Made by a program: the position numbers and the translations under genes | Shown: piece by piece, positions 36,714 through 46,951 of the stretch | How positions within the stretch are numbered: the stretch's first letter is position 1 | How the letters are laid out: each line of letters starts with the position of its first letter | Notes under the pieces: generated by a model | What the model was told of the DNA's origin: nothing | The model's input: only the letters and a program-made list of their open reading frames with translations | The model's database searches: none | Assembly: GCA_026988975.1 (NCBI GenBank) | Contig: JALSKH010000048.1 | Coordinates: 23,466-87,465 of the forward strand | Length of the DNA stretch: 64,000 bases | Direction of reading: 5' to 3' | Source: Campylobacteraceae bacterium | Lineage (GTDB): Bacteria; Campylobacterota; Campylobacteria; Campylobacterales; Sulfurospirillaceae

Positions 36714-37523
36714 TTGAAAAAGATCCCATTTATTAGCATATTTATTTTATGCTTTATCTTTTTTTTCTCTTTTTTATTGCCCTATTTTTATCATATTTCA
36801 CCATATAAGATAGATCCGAACTCCATACTTTTACCCCCATCTTTTGGACATATTTTTGGAACAGATAGGCTAGGAAGGGACCTTTTTGCAAGACTCATGC
36901 AAGGAGGTCAAGTCTCTTTGATTATCGGAGTGCTTAGTGCATTTATCGCTAGTTTTGTAGGGCTTATCGTAGGTGTTAGTGCTGGTTTTTTTCGAGGTGT
37001 TGTGGATAAAAGTATAGTTATCTTGATAGATCTTTTCCTTACTTTTCCAACATTTTTTCTTCTTTTGGCTCTTATTAGTTATGTCAATGCTTCTATTTTG
37101 GTTTTGGTTATTGTTATATCGATTACAGGATGGATGGGAATGGCAAGGATGATAAGAAGTGAGAGTTTTTCGATTTCACAAAAGCCATTTATAAAGATCT
37201 TGAAAATTGCAAAAGTAAATCCACTAAAGATACTTCTAAAATATTACACTCCATTGATAGCGCCGATATTTTTTATAAGTTTTACTTTTGGCGTAAGTGG
37301 AGCAATTTTAGCTGAAAGCGGACTTAGTTTTTTAGGTATCGGTATCACACCACCTCAAATCAGTTGGGGAACCATCATTAGCGAAGGCAAAGAGGTTATC
37401 GATATAGCTTGGTGGCTAAGTTTTTTTCCGGGTTTTTTCATCTTTTTAGTTACATTTTCACTTATAAATATATCTGATTATCTGCAAACAAAAACAAATG
37501 CCAAAGAGAGTATAAGTGCTTGA
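36714..37523 (+). CDS. ABC transporter permease (DppC/OppC family), orphan
   Basis: 269 aa, 6 TM helices, with the N-terminal FGTDRLGRDLFARL motif typical of the family. No cognate ATPase, binding protein or partner permease is adjacent. TTG start. Confidence 0.8.
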   Translation: MKKIPFISIFILCFIFFFSFLLPYFYHISPYKIDPNSILLPPSFGHIFGTDRLGRDLFARLMQGGQVSLIIGVLSAFIASFVGLIVGVSAGFFRGVVDKSIVILIDLFLTFPTFFLLLALISYVNASILVLVIVISITGWMGMARMIRSESFSISQKPFIKILKIAKVNPLKILLKYYTPLIAPIFFISFTFGVSGAILAESGLSFLGIGITPPQISWGTIISEGKEVIDIAWWLSFFPGFFIFLVTFSLINISDYLQTKTNAKESISA

Positions 37524-38274
37524 TTTTGACTCTACATGTAGGCTTTTAAATAGTGAGGTCAAAAAAAGAGACTCCAAAAGCGAGTTGTCCCTAGAGAGAG
37601 CCGATCCATTGCTAGTTGCAACTAAATACAAAGATGAGTATATATCTTTTATTTGTGCTATGTATGCTTATGGAAATGCAAAATTAATCGTCAAATTTTT
37701 ATCATCTTTAGATTTTTCTCTATTAGAGAGTGATGAATCTACCATAAGAGAAAAATTAGAGGGAAGATACTATAGATTTCAATCTGTTAAAGATACACAA
37801 GAGATATTTATAACACTTAGCAAGATGAAAAAGAACTCTTCATTGGAGTCAATTTTTATGGAAGGTTATAATTTTAAATCAAATGTCATGGATGGAATAT
37901 ATAGAGTAATTGAAGCTATCTATGATACTAATCCTTATCGATCAAGAGGGTATGAGTTCTTGATAGGAAAAGTTCCGAAGAAAAAACCAACCTCTCCATA
38001 TAAAAGATGGCTAATGTTTCTTAGATGGATGGTGAGAGATGATAATTTGGATTTGGGATTATGGAAAAAAGTAGAAAAAAAAGATTTACTTATGCCATTA
38101 GATACGCATACATTCAAAATTGGACAAAAATTAGGATTGATCAAAAGAAAAAGCTATGATTTTAGATCTGTCTTGGAGTTGACAGAATCTTTGAAAAAAT
38201 TAGATCCAAATGACCCGATAAAATATGATTTTGCACTTTATAGAATAGGACAGGAGAAATTAATAACTTCTTAA
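37516..38274 (+). CDS. DUF2400/TIGR02757-family protein
   Basis: 252 aa with the C-terminal motif LLMPLDTHTFKIGQKLGLI. GTG start overlaps the permease stop. Confidence 0.7.
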   Translation: MLDFDSTCRLLNSEVKKRDSKSELSLERADPLLVATKYKDEYISFICAMYAYGNAKLIVKFLSSLDFSLLESDESTIREKLEGRYYRFQSVKDTQEIFITLSKMKKNSSLESIFMEGYNFKSNVMDGIYRVIEAIYDTNPYRSRGYEFLIGKVPKKKPTSPYKRWLMFLRWMVRDDNLDLGLWKKVEKKDLLMPLDTHTFKIGQKLGLIKRKSYDFRSVLELTESLKKLDPNDPIKYDFALYRIGQEKLITS

Positions 38275-38322
38275 ATGAATTTAAGATAATATTATAAAAA
38301 ATATATTTAAAGGAAAAGTGTA

Positions 38323-39000
38323 ATGAATGAAGTTTTTACATTTTTAGGTCTTGTTAGTCATAATCATGAGTATCTTTTTATATCTCATGTTCTTTTAGCC
38401 GCAGTTTTGGCTTTTACAGTAGCTAAACTGGCTACAACATCTTTGCAATTAGTGCCAAATGGATGTCAAAATGTTATGGAAGCTTTTTTAGATGGCGTTC
38501 TTTTTATGGGTAAAGATGTCATAGGTGAAAAATTAGCTAGAAAATACCTACCGTTGGTAGCAACTCTTGGTATGTTCATATTCTTTTCAAATATCATGGA
38601 GATAATACCAGGTTTTGAACCACCATCAGGAAATATAAATATGACATTACCGTTGGCTGTTATGGTGTTTTTGTACTATAACTTTGAAGGGATCAGAGTA
38701 AACGGGTTTTTCAAATACTTCGGGCACTTTATGGGTCCACTTAAGATTTTGGCTCCATTGATGTTTCCTATAGAGATAGTTTCTCATCTTTCAAGAATCA
38801 TATCTCTCTCTTTTCGACTTTTTGGAAATATAAAAGGAGATGATCTGTTTGTGGCAGTTTTACTTCTGCTAGCCCCTTGGGTAGCACCTCTTCCAGGTTT
38901 TGCCTTGATGACATTTTCAGCAATTTTACAAACATTTATATTTATGATACTGACCTATGTTTATCTAGCAGGCGCAGTTTTGATAAGTGAAGAGCACTAA
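38323..39000 (+). CDS. atpB: F0F1 ATP synthase subunit a
   Basis: 225 aa with the essential-Arg region [14 protein letters not shown] and the C-terminal [14 protein letters not shown]. Confidence 0.9.
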   Translation: MNEVFTFLGLVSHNHEYLFISHVLLAAVLAFTVAKLATTSLQLVPNGCQNVMEAFLDGVLFMGKDVIGEKLARKYLPLVATLGMFIFFSNIMEIIPGFEPPSGNINMTLPLAVMVFLYYNFEGIRVNGFFKYFGHFMGPLKILAPLMFPIEIVSHLSRIISLSFRLFGNIKGDDLFVAVLLLLAPWVAPLPGFALMTFSAILQTFIFMILTYVYLAGAVLISEEH

Positions 39001-39005
39001 CAAAG

Positions 39006-39269
39006 TTGAATAAACAGACATTTTTTGAAAAACTACTAAGCCTACTACAAGGTGTCTCTTGGGCACTTGTGATAGTAGGCTCTACCTCATTTTTCCTCTC
39101 TATGTACCATTTAGGACTTTTTTTAGCACTCTTTGGAGCTTTTGTAGGCGCACTTTTGGGTCTATTTTTTGTAGTTGCTTTTGAAGTAGCACAGATTCAG
39201 GTGGATAAACTCAAAGAGATGAAAAAACAGACACAACTACTGGAAAAACTTACAAAACAAACAGAATAA
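39006..39269 (+). CDS. small membrane protein (87 aa)
   Basis: Two predicted TM helices and a charged C-terminal helix. TTG start 6 nt after atpB. Confidence 0.5.
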   Translation: MNKQTFFEKLLSLLQGVSWALVIVGSTSFFLSMYHLGLFLALFGAFVGALLGLFFVVAFEVAQIQVDKLKEMKKQTQLLEKLTKQTE

Positions 39270-39323
39270 ACAGACTACATTTAGAGAACTTAAAAGAAAT
39301 TAATGCTAAAATAGACTCTTGCC

Positions 39324-39403
39324 AGACTTCTTTTAAAACTATTTCTTAGAGGGTAAATCCTCCCGTTGGTCTGAGCCTCACGAAATAGTTTTAAAAGAAG
39401 TCT
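39324..39403 (-). repeat. Family A hairpin element, copy A2
   Basis: Perfect 21-bp stem (39324-39344 with 39383-39403). Its 38-nt loop is the reverse complement of the A1 loop with one substitution. Confidence 0.85.
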
Positions 39404-39428
39404 AGTACAAAAACTAAAGGTTTTATAG

Positions 39429-40853
39429 ATGTTTGAAGTTATTATCGGTTTAGAAGTTCATGTTCAATTAAATACAAAAACAAAGATTTTTTGCTCTTGT
39501 CCTACTAGTTTTGGGGATGAGCCAAATAAAAATGTCTGCCCAGTCTGTTTGGCGTTGCCTGGTGCGTTGCCTGTCCTGAATGTAGAAGCAGTAAAAAAGG
39601 CTATATCTTTTGGAACAGCAATTAACGCCACAGTCCATAAAAAATCAATTTTTAACAGAAAAAACTACTTTTATCCTGATCTCCCAAAGGGTTACCAAAT
39701 CAGCCAATTTGAAATTCCTATAGTAGAAGGTGGAGAAGTCATTATAGACTTTGAAAATGGAAGTAGCAAAAGAATTGGAGTTACAAGAGCCCATCTTGAA
39801 GAGGATGCAGGCAAAAATACTCATCAGGGAAATGAGAGTTATGTTGATCTAAATAGGGCAGGGACACCACTTCTAGAGATAGTGAGTGAGCCAGATATGA
39901 GAAGTGCAGATGAGGCGATAAGATACCTCAAAAAACTACACGCGATCGTAAGATATCTAGATATCAGTGATGCAAATATGCAAGAGGGTAGTTTCAGATG
40001 CGATGTAAATATCTCTATCCGTCCAAAAGGTGAAGAGAAGTTATACACTAGAGCAGAGATTAAAAATCTAAACTCTTTTAAGTTTATCCAAAAAGCGATA
40101 GAGTTTGAGATACAAAGACAGAGCGATGCTTGGGAAGATGGAGTCTATGAGCAGGAAGTTGTGCAAGAAACCAGACTTTTTGACACTGCTAAAGGCATCA
40201 CAAAAAGCATGAGAAGCAAAGAAGATAGTGATGAGTATAGATATTTTCCAGATCCAGATCTTTTGCCGGTGATCATTCCTGATGATATGATGGAAAAATA
40301 CAAAAAGATACCAGAACTGCCAGATGCAAAAAAAGCTAGATTTATACAAGATTTTGGCATAAAAGAGTACGATGCTAGCGTTATAACTAGCAGTGTTGAA
40401 ACAGCAAGATTCTTTGAAGATATGCTAAAAAGAGGAGCAGGTGCAAAACTCAGTACAACTTGGCTAACAGTTGAACTTCCAGCAAGATTAGGGGGTGATG
40501 TAACAATTCTTACTTCTCCTGTTGACTCGGCAAAACTTGCAACACTGGTTAAAAGGATAGAAGATTCAACTATTAGCGGTAAAGCCGCAAAAGATGTTCT
40601 TGATTATTTGATGGAAAACGATATAAGCGTGGACGATGCTATAGAAAAACTAGGTTTGAAGCAGGTGAGTGATGATGGTGCTATTCAGGCTATTATCGAT
40701 GAGATAATTTCTGCAAATGGAGATAAAGTCCAACAATACAAAGATGGCAAAGAGAAACTTTTTGGATTTTTTGTAGGACAAGTTATGAAAGCAAGCCGGG
40801 GAAAAGCAAATCCGGCAAAAGTCAATGAACTTTTAAAAAAAGAGTTGGGATAG
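39429..40853 (+). CDS. gatB: Asp-tRNA(Asn)/Glu-tRNA(Gln) amidotransferase subunit B
   Basis: N-terminus [33 protein letters not shown] and a C-terminal YqeY-like tail. Confidence 0.93.
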   Translation: MFEVIIGLEVHVQLNTKTKIFCSCPTSFGDEPNKNVCPVCLALPGALPVLNVEAVKKAISFGTAINATVHKKSIFNRKNYFYPDLPKGYQISQFEIPIVEGGEVIIDFENGSSKRIGVTRAHLEEDAGKNTHQGNESYVDLNRAGTPLLEIVSEPDMRSADEAIRYLKKLHAIVRYLDISDANMQEGSFRCDVNISIRPKGEEKLYTRAEIKNLNSFKFIQKAIEFEIQRQSDAWEDGVYEQEVVQETRLFDTAKGITKSMRSKEDSDEYRYFPDPDLLPVIIPDDMMEKYKKIPELPDAKKARFIQDFGIKEYDASVITSSVETARFFEDMLKRGAGAKLSTTWLTVELPARLGGDVTILTSPVDSAKLATLVKRIEDSTISGKAAKDVLDYLMENDISVDDAIEKLGLKQVSDDGAIQAIIDEIISANGDKVQQYKDGKEKLFGFFVGQVMKASRGKANPAKVNELLKKELG

Positions 40854-40858
40854 AGTAA

Positions 40859-42412
40859 ATGTTTGCAAAACTTTTTATCTCTTTTGCCTATTTTTTAGAC
40901 TCAAATGATAGATATAAAAAGATAAAAAGTTTTATATACGATTTGTTGGAAAATCCAAGATCTAATATCAAGACATATTTTGACTTTTTGATAATAACAC
41001 TGATTTTTTTGAGTGTTGCAATTTTGATATATGATATCAGTCATCCCACGCCTTTTTATTTTGAATTTATAGAAAATATTACAGTTTCTGTATTTATTTT
41101 TGAGTGGCTAGGCAGGTTTTGGATAAGTGCAGATTTAGGTAGTATGATTATTAAGTATCATGAAAAAATGATAGAGTTAGATCAAAAGCCCAAATTCTTT
41201 AAAATATTGAAAATTATCTTAAAACAAAAACTCTCTTATATATTTTCACCTATGTCTATCATAGATCTTTTAGCGATACTGCCTACATATAGAGCCGCTA
41301 GAGTCTTGAGGGTGTTTTTAATATTTAGGCTTTTTAAGATTTTTAGATATACAAAAAGTTTAAACTCATTTTTAAGAGTTTTATCAGATAAAAAGTTTGA
41401 ATTTAATTTCCTTTTTCTCATAGGCTTATTTGCCATTTTTCTCTCATCAACAATCATGTATGTTGTCGAAGGAACAGGCAATAATCCTCACATAACCTCA
41501 TACCTAGATGCAATATATTGGTCGATTATAACGATAACAACTGTTGGATATGGAGATATAACTCCAGTTACTTTAACGGGAAAAGTCATCACGGTTTTTC
41601 TAGTAGGTGGAGGTTTTTTGATACTTGTGCTTGCAACTTCTATAGTTACAAACGCACTTTCTGAAAAGATAGAGATTTTAAGAGAAAATAAACTTTTAAC
41701 CGAAGCTCATAAACTCTCAAGGCTCATAGTGATATTTGGTTTTGGTAGAATGGGTCAAGTTTTAGCTGATGAATTAAAGAAAAATCACAAGAGATTTATA
41801 GTTGTTGATAAAGATCCAGCAAGTATGGCAAAAGCTAGAGAATTAGGGTACCTCTATATGCAGGCAGATGCTTCAAATTATGACACTATTGAGAGTCTCG
41901 TTTTTGAAAATGATGTTGAAAAAGTTATCCTATTGACGCAAAGTGATGCTCTAAACCTCTCCATCTTGCTGACTATAAAGGCACACGATAAAAATATAGA
42001 AGTGATCGCAAGATCAAATAGTTATGCAAATATCAAAAAGTTTAAAATTGCAAAAGCAAATCATATTGTCTTTCCATATGAAACTGTTGCCGAAGTAGCG
42101 GTTGAATACATAGGAAATCCCGTTAAATTTGATGTGATAGACAATATATTGATCCAAGATAGTGACATTACTCTTGATGGTATAGATATATTGGAGGGTA
42201 GTAGTTTTGTTGGTAAATGTATAGATGATTTGGGGTTGGATGATCTAAACATCACAACAATAGCAGTTTTAAAAAATGGAAATATTCGCCATTTTGTATT
42301 TAATCCCAGCCATAGTGAGTATGAATTTGAAGCAAATGATACACTCATAGTTATAGGTAAAGAGGTCTATATAAATAGAATAGGAAATGAGATCAGAAGG
42401 CAGTTTGCATGA
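40859..42412 (+). CDS. voltage-gated-like K+ channel with C-terminal RCK (TrkA-N/TrkA-C) domains
   Basis: Six TM helices with an S4-like segment RAARVLRVFLIFRLFKIFR, selectivity filter TTVGYGD, then a Rossmann motif GFGRMG. Confidence 0.85.
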   Translation: MFAKLFISFAYFLDSNDRYKKIKSFIYDLLENPRSNIKTYFDFLIITLIFLSVAILIYDISHPTPFYFEFIENITVSVFIFEWLGRFWISADLGSMIIKYHEKMIELDQKPKFFKILKIILKQKLSYIFSPMSIIDLLAILPTYRAARVLRVFLIFRLFKIFRYTKSLNSFLRVLSDKKFEFNFLFLIGLFAIFLSSTIMYVVEGTGNNPHITSYLDAIYWSIITITTVGYGDITPVTLTGKVITVFLVGGGFLILVLATSIVTNALSEKIEILRENKLLTEAHKLSRLIVIFGFGRMGQVLADELKKNHKRFIVVDKDPASMAKARELGYLYMQADASNYDTIESLVFENDVEKVILLTQSDALNLSILLTIKAHDKNIEVIARSNSYANIKKFKIAKANHIVFPYETVAEVAVEYIGNPVKFDVIDNILIQDSDITLDGIDILEGSSFVGKCIDDLGLDDLNITTIAVLKNGNIRHFVFNPSHSEYEFEANDTLIVIGKEVYINRIGNEIRRQFA

Positions 42413-43104
42413 AAAAAGCTATCATATTTGGCTACACAAAGACTGGCAAAGAGATTGCTAAACTCTTAAATGATGATGAGTTTGAGCTTGAAATTATAGA
42501 TGAAAATCCATTGCAAGTAGCAAATGCAAATGCAGAAGGTTATTTTGCAAGGCATATATCGCTTGATGATGACAAAATATTTGAAGATATAGGCATAGGC
42601 GGTGATGTAGAAGCACTTTTTTGCACCAGTGATGATGATAGCCTAAATCTTTTTGTGACTTTAACGGCTAGAAATATAGATAAAGATTTAAAAATTTTAA
42701 CCCAAATAAAAAAAATGGAAGATGAAAAAAAGATGCTTTTAGCTGGGGCAAATCGTACTATAAGTCCACATAGTGTTGGAGCAGCGAAGATTTTTAGAAT
42801 AATAAAAAAACCAAGAGTTTCAAAAGTACTAGATATCTTTACGCGCATAGACAATAAAATATCGATTACAGAATTGACAGTAGATGAGGGCTCTTTGTAT
42901 GATGGTATGTATTTTAGTAGTGTTGACTTATCTCAAACTTATAATCTTATCTTTTTGGGGTTACTTGATAAAAAAAATGATGATGAGTTTGTATTTTTTT
43001 CCAAAGCAATTCGCCACAAGATAAAAGCTGGAGATTTGATGGTGATGCTTGGTAGCAGAAAAGATATCAAAAAATTCAAAATGGAGCTAAGCAAAAAGAT
43101 ATGA
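42409..43104 (+). CDS. soluble RCK/TrkA-like protein
   Basis: 231 aa with a TrkA-N-like N-terminus (IIFGYTKTGKEIA) and a TrkA-C-like C-terminus. Its start overlaps the channel stop. Confidence 0.7.
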   Translation: MKKAIIFGYTKTGKEIAKLLNDDEFELEIIDENPLQVANANAEGYFARHISLDDDKIFEDIGIGGDVEALFCTSDDDSLNLFVTLTARNIDKDLKILTQIKKMEDEKKMLLAGANRTISPHSVGAAKIFRIIKKPRVSKVLDIFTRIDNKISITELTVDEGSLYDGMYFSSVDLSQTYNLIFLGLLDKKNDDEFVFFSKAIRHKIKAGDLMVMLGSRKDIKKFKMELSKKI

Positions 43105-43985
43105 GTATAGCAGTGATTGGTGCAGGAAAATGGGGGAGGGCTCTACAGTTTGCTATCTCAAAAAACTCTACATGTATGATTACATCAAGAACCAAAAGAG
43201 AGATAGAAAATTTCGTAACACTAAAAGAGGCGTTAAAGTGCGAATATCTTGTCTTTACCATTCCATCACAAGTTGTGAGTGAGTGGCTAGAGAACAATTT
43301 TGTATACAGTGGACAAAAAATTTTAGTAGCAGCAAAAGGAATCGAAAGAAAAAGTGGAAAATTTTTAAATGAGATTTTTGCAAAGTATATTCCGGTAGAA
43401 AATTTAGCTTTTCTATCTGGTCCGTCATTTGCAAGTGAGGTTATCAAATCTCTTCCTACGGCTGTTGTGATTAACTCTCAAAATGAGGAACTAGCAAAGG
43501 AATTTTGCAGTTTTTTCCCGAGTTTTATAAAAACATATGTAAGTGACGATGTTATAGGTGCCGAAATTTGTGGTGCATATAAAAATATCATAGCAATCGC
43601 GAGTGGAATTTGCATGGGTTTAGAGTTAGGTAATAATGCCAGAGCAAGCCTAATCTCAAGGGGTTTGGTAGAGATGTCTCGGTTTGGAAAAGCTTTTGGT
43701 GCAAAAGATGAGACATTTATGGGCTTAAGTGGTGCTGGGGATCTGTTTTTGACTGCGTCAAGTGAACTTTCAAGAAATTTTAGAGTGGGACTTGAGCTTG
43801 CAAAGAGTAAAAAAATAGAAGATATACTTGATGACTTAGGGGAGGTGGCTGAGGGAGTTTTGACTACCGAAGCTGTATTGAAACTAAGTGACAATAACCA
43901 TATCTATACCCCTATAGCCAGAGAGGTTGAAGAGATTTTGATGGGTAAAAATCCAAAAGAGAGTTTAAGGGATTTGTTAAAATGA
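43101..43985 (+). CDS. gpsA: NAD(P)H-dependent glycerol-3-phosphate dehydrogenase
   Basis: IAVIGAGKWG, AKGIE, GPSFASEV, YKNIIAIASG. Confidence 0.88.
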   Translation: MSIAVIGAGKWGRALQFAISKNSTCMITSRTKREIENFVTLKEALKCEYLVFTIPSQVVSEWLENNFVYSGQKILVAAKGIERKSGKFLNEIFAKYIPVENLAFLSGPSFASEVIKSLPTAVVINSQNEELAKEFCSFFPSFIKTYVSDDVIGAEICGAYKNIIAIASGICMGLELGNNARASLISRGLVEMSRFGKAFGAKDETFMGLSGAGDLFLTASSELSRNFRVGLELAKSKKIEDILDDLGEVAEGVLTTEAVLKLSDNNHIYTPIAREVEEILMGKNPKESLRDLLK

Positions 43986-45208
43986 GATTGATAAAAAATG
44001 CTACGATAATCAAAGAAAATGGCGAGACTAAGGTTGATGTACTATTTGATAACAAACAAATTTTAGAGATAAAAAAAGAGATAAAAAGTAGAAGCGAATA
44101 TGAAGTATATGATGCTAATGGGGCTTATCTGCTCCCTGGTTTGATAGATTTAAATGTTAGATTGGCAAATAGTGTTCTATCTAAAACTAACTTGGACAAA
44201 CTCTCAAGTAGCGCTAAAAAAGGTGGGGTAACAACAGCGGTAATAGTCTCTGATTTTACGCCAAGATTAGATAGCTCAACACTTCTTGATTTTTTGAAGC
44301 CTACTTTTGACAAATCAATCATAAATCTAAAAATTTCAGCTCCTTTGACAAATGATAAAAATGATAAACTCAACAATATAGCTACCTTAATCAATAACGG
44401 TGCAACTGCTATATATGGTAGTTCAGATGTAAACTCAAATCTGATAAAAAGAGGTATGCAATATGCTCATATGAAAAATAGCCCATTTTTCTGTTTCTGT
44501 TATGATCCTGATTTGGATGATTTGGGAGTTATGAATGAGGGAGAAATATCTTTTAAATTAGGACTTTCTGGGATTTCAAAATTTTCTGAAAGTGCTGAAG
44601 TTGCAAAAATGGTTGAGATCGCAAAAGAGCTTGATTGTAGTGTTGTTTTCCAAGGAATATCCACAAAAAGATCTTTGGAGATCATCAATAGTGCTAAAAA
44701 AGAAAGCAAAAGACTCTATAGTGAAGTCAGCATACACCATTTGCTAAAAAATGATAAATCTTGTGACGGTTTTAATACCTATGCAAAACTTCTTCCTCCT
44801 CTAAGAGATGAACAAGAGAGAAAAAAGATTATAGAAGAGCTAAAAAATGGCAACATAGACATACTAACATCTTCCCACTCTCCAAAATCTGTACTATACA
44901 AAGATGTTGCTTTCTGGGAAGCAGCTTTTGGTATCGGTTCAATCGAAGAGTTTTTTCAACTGGCATATACGGCTTTAGTTAAAGGTGAAAATTTGCCATT
45001 GTGGGATTTGCTCAAAGTTTGTTCTAAAAATCCGGCAAAAGTATTAGGCTTAGAGAAAAAAGGTGAGATTCAAGTCGGACATGACTCAGATATGTTTATT
45101 TTTGACCCAAGCAGTAGTCATATAGTCAAAAATAGAACATCACTTTATGATGGCGAAGAGTTGTTTGGAGATATAAAAGAGGTTTTTATAGCTAATAATA
45201 TATCTTAG
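43982..45208 (+). CDS. dihydroorotase-like amidohydrolase, probably non-catalytic
   Basis: DHOase-like fold pattern, but the metal-binding HxH position reads GLIDLNVRL and the DHAPH position reads SSHSPK. Confidence 0.7.
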   Translation: MRLIKNATIIKENGETKVDVLFDNKQILEIKKEIKSRSEYEVYDANGAYLLPGLIDLNVRLANSVLSKTNLDKLSSSAKKGGVTTAVIVSDFTPRLDSSTLLDFLKPTFDKSIINLKISAPLTNDKNDKLNNIATLINNGATAIYGSSDVNSNLIKRGMQYAHMKNSPFFCFCYDPDLDDLGVMNEGEISFKLGLSGISKFSESAEVAKMVEIAKELDCSVVFQGISTKRSLEIINSAKKESKRLYSEVSIHHLLKNDKSCDGFNTYAKLLPPLRDEQERKKIIEELKNGNIDILTSSHSPKSVLYKDVAFWEAAFGIGSIEEFFQLAYTALVKGENLPLWDLLKVCSKNPAKVLGLEKKGEIQVGHDSDMFIFDPSSSHIVKNRTSLYDGEELFGDIKEVFIANNIS

Positions 45209-45929
45209 AAAGATATAGTCCATTTGGTGGGGCTAATGCGGTGGTGACTCTTGTCTCTAAATCCAACTGTTTTTTTAGGTCATTTAGCGTTAATCTCTTT
45301 TTGTCCAGCTCAAATAAAAAGCCACAAATTAGCCTTATTTGACTTCTTAGAAAGCTATTTCCTCTAAAGTATATAATGACGAAGTTACCTTTTTGATATG
45401 CAAAAGATCTATATAAAATTCTGATATCGCTTCTGTTATTGGCTCCTTGTTTTTTGAAAAATCCAAAATTATGCTCTCCCTCAAAGATTTTCAAACCTTG
45501 ATTTATGAGATTTAAATCTAGTTTGTCAATAAAAGTACAATAATTTGCCAAAAGAGGATTGTAATTTGATAAGGAGACGATATATCTATATACCCTGCTT
45601 TTAGCATCAAATCTGGCATGAAAATTTGCTCTAGTAAACTCTATATCCTTTATATAGATATGTGGAGATAAAAAATTGTTTAGCTTTTTTTTTAGTCTTT
45701 GAAGATCAAAGAAAAAATTTGGTACATTTAGGTGGCATATTTGGTTTAGTGCATGTACGCCTCTATCTGTCCTGCCACTTGATTGTGGAGTTTCATTGAT
45801 ACCCAAATTTAATAGTGCTTTTTTGAATGTCCCCATGACAGTTGGTAGTGATTTGCCTTTTTGTATTTGTGAACCATAGAAAAATGTGCCATCATAACAA
45901 AATCTTATCTTAACTCTTTTAAAAATCAA
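45192..45929 (-). CDS. truA: tRNA pseudouridine(38-40) synthase TruA
   Basis: YDGTFFYGSQIQ and the catalytic GRTDRGVHA. Confidence 0.9.
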   Translation of the reverse strand: MIFKRVKIRFCYDGTFFYGSQIQKGKSLPTVMGTFKKALLNLGINETPQSSGRTDRGVHALNQICHLNVPNFFFDLQRLKKKLNNFLSPHIYIKDIEFTRANFHARFDAKSRVYRYIVSLSNYNPLLANYCTFIDKLDLNLINQGLKIFEGEHNFGFFKKQGANNRSDIRILYRSFAYQKGNFVIIYFRGNSFLRSQIRLICGFLFELDKKRLTLNDLKKQLDLETRVTTALAPPNGLYLSKIYY

Positions 45930-46951
45930 AACTTTTGCCTGACTCTTCTTTTATAAATAAGATATGAAAAAACAGTTGTGATGATTGAGACCAAAAATAT
46001 CGCGCTAAATGCTTCTAAATTTGCAAGTAAAATTGTCAACGAAAAGTAGCTGATAGTAAAAAGAAACATATACAGATATATACCACTACTACTATATCTA
46101 GATGTTACGGTACCAAGTGCAATGGCAAGATATGTGCTGCTTAGTGGAAAAAGTGCTATTAAAATGAAAAAAGCAAAATCATATGCCCTTTTTTTATTTT
46201 TAAATGCCAGCTTCCAATAGTCTTGTATGGTTTGCATATATCCTATATTTTCTCGATTTTTAGAATTTATATACATTTTTTTAAAATCTACTTGTACTAT
46301 TTTCTCTTTTTCCAATTTAAATGCTTTTCCATCTTCTAGTGTGAGTCTAAGTGTTCCATCACTATTTTGGATAAATGCTTTTTTTGCCAATATCAGCTTT
46401 GAAGCATGTTTTTGAATCTCTTTTTGGTACAGGGTTACATTGGTGTATATATGTTTTTTGTTTGATTTATCTATATAAACCAACCAATTTGAAAACTTTT
46501 GTCCAAATTTACTCTCTTGTATATTGAATTTTGCCTGTGCTTTTTTATACTCCAAAAAATTGTTATTTAACTGTTTTGATAGAGGTATAAGAATTATGAT
46601 ATTTACAATCATCAAAAAAGAGAAAAAAGATGCAATAGTTAGAAAAAAGTTTGACAATTTTTTAGGTGAGTGACCGAGTGAAAAAAGCACAATTAACTCA
46701 TTTTCGTTTGATAAGTTATATAGGGTGATACAAAGAGATATAAAAAAAGAGATAGGCATTGTATATAAAAGAAGCTTTGGAACCAAATATATATAAAGTG
46801 TTATCAGTTCGATGAAGTTTATCTGTATTATAGAGGTTACGCTAGCTAATTTTATAAAAAATATGACAGAAATTATAGAAAAAAGTATAAAAAATAGTGA
46901 GCTAAATATAGATATAAAAGCACTAAATAGATAATTATTGACTCTAGCCAT
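45926..46951 (-). CDS. LptF/LptG-family LPS export permease
   Basis: 341 aa with the YjgP/YjgQ topology: 3 TM helices, a periplasmic domain, then 3 TM helices. Confidence 0.75.
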   Translation of the reverse strand: MARVNNYLFSAFISIFSSLFFILFSIISVIFFIKLASVTSIIQINFIELITLYIYLVPKLLLYTMPISFFISLCITLYNLSNENELIVLFSLGHSPKKLSNFFLTIASFFSFLMIVNIIILIPLSKQLNNNFLEYKKAQAKFNIQESKFGQKFSNWLVYIDKSNKKHIYTNVTLYQKEIQKHASKLILAKKAFIQNSDGTLRLTLEDGKAFKLEKEKIVQVDFKKMYINSKNRENIGYMQTIQDYWKLAFKNKKRAYDFAFFILIALFPLSSTYLAIALGTVTSRYSSSGIYLYMFLFTISYFSLTILLANLEAFSAIFLVSIITTVFSYLIYKRRVRQKF

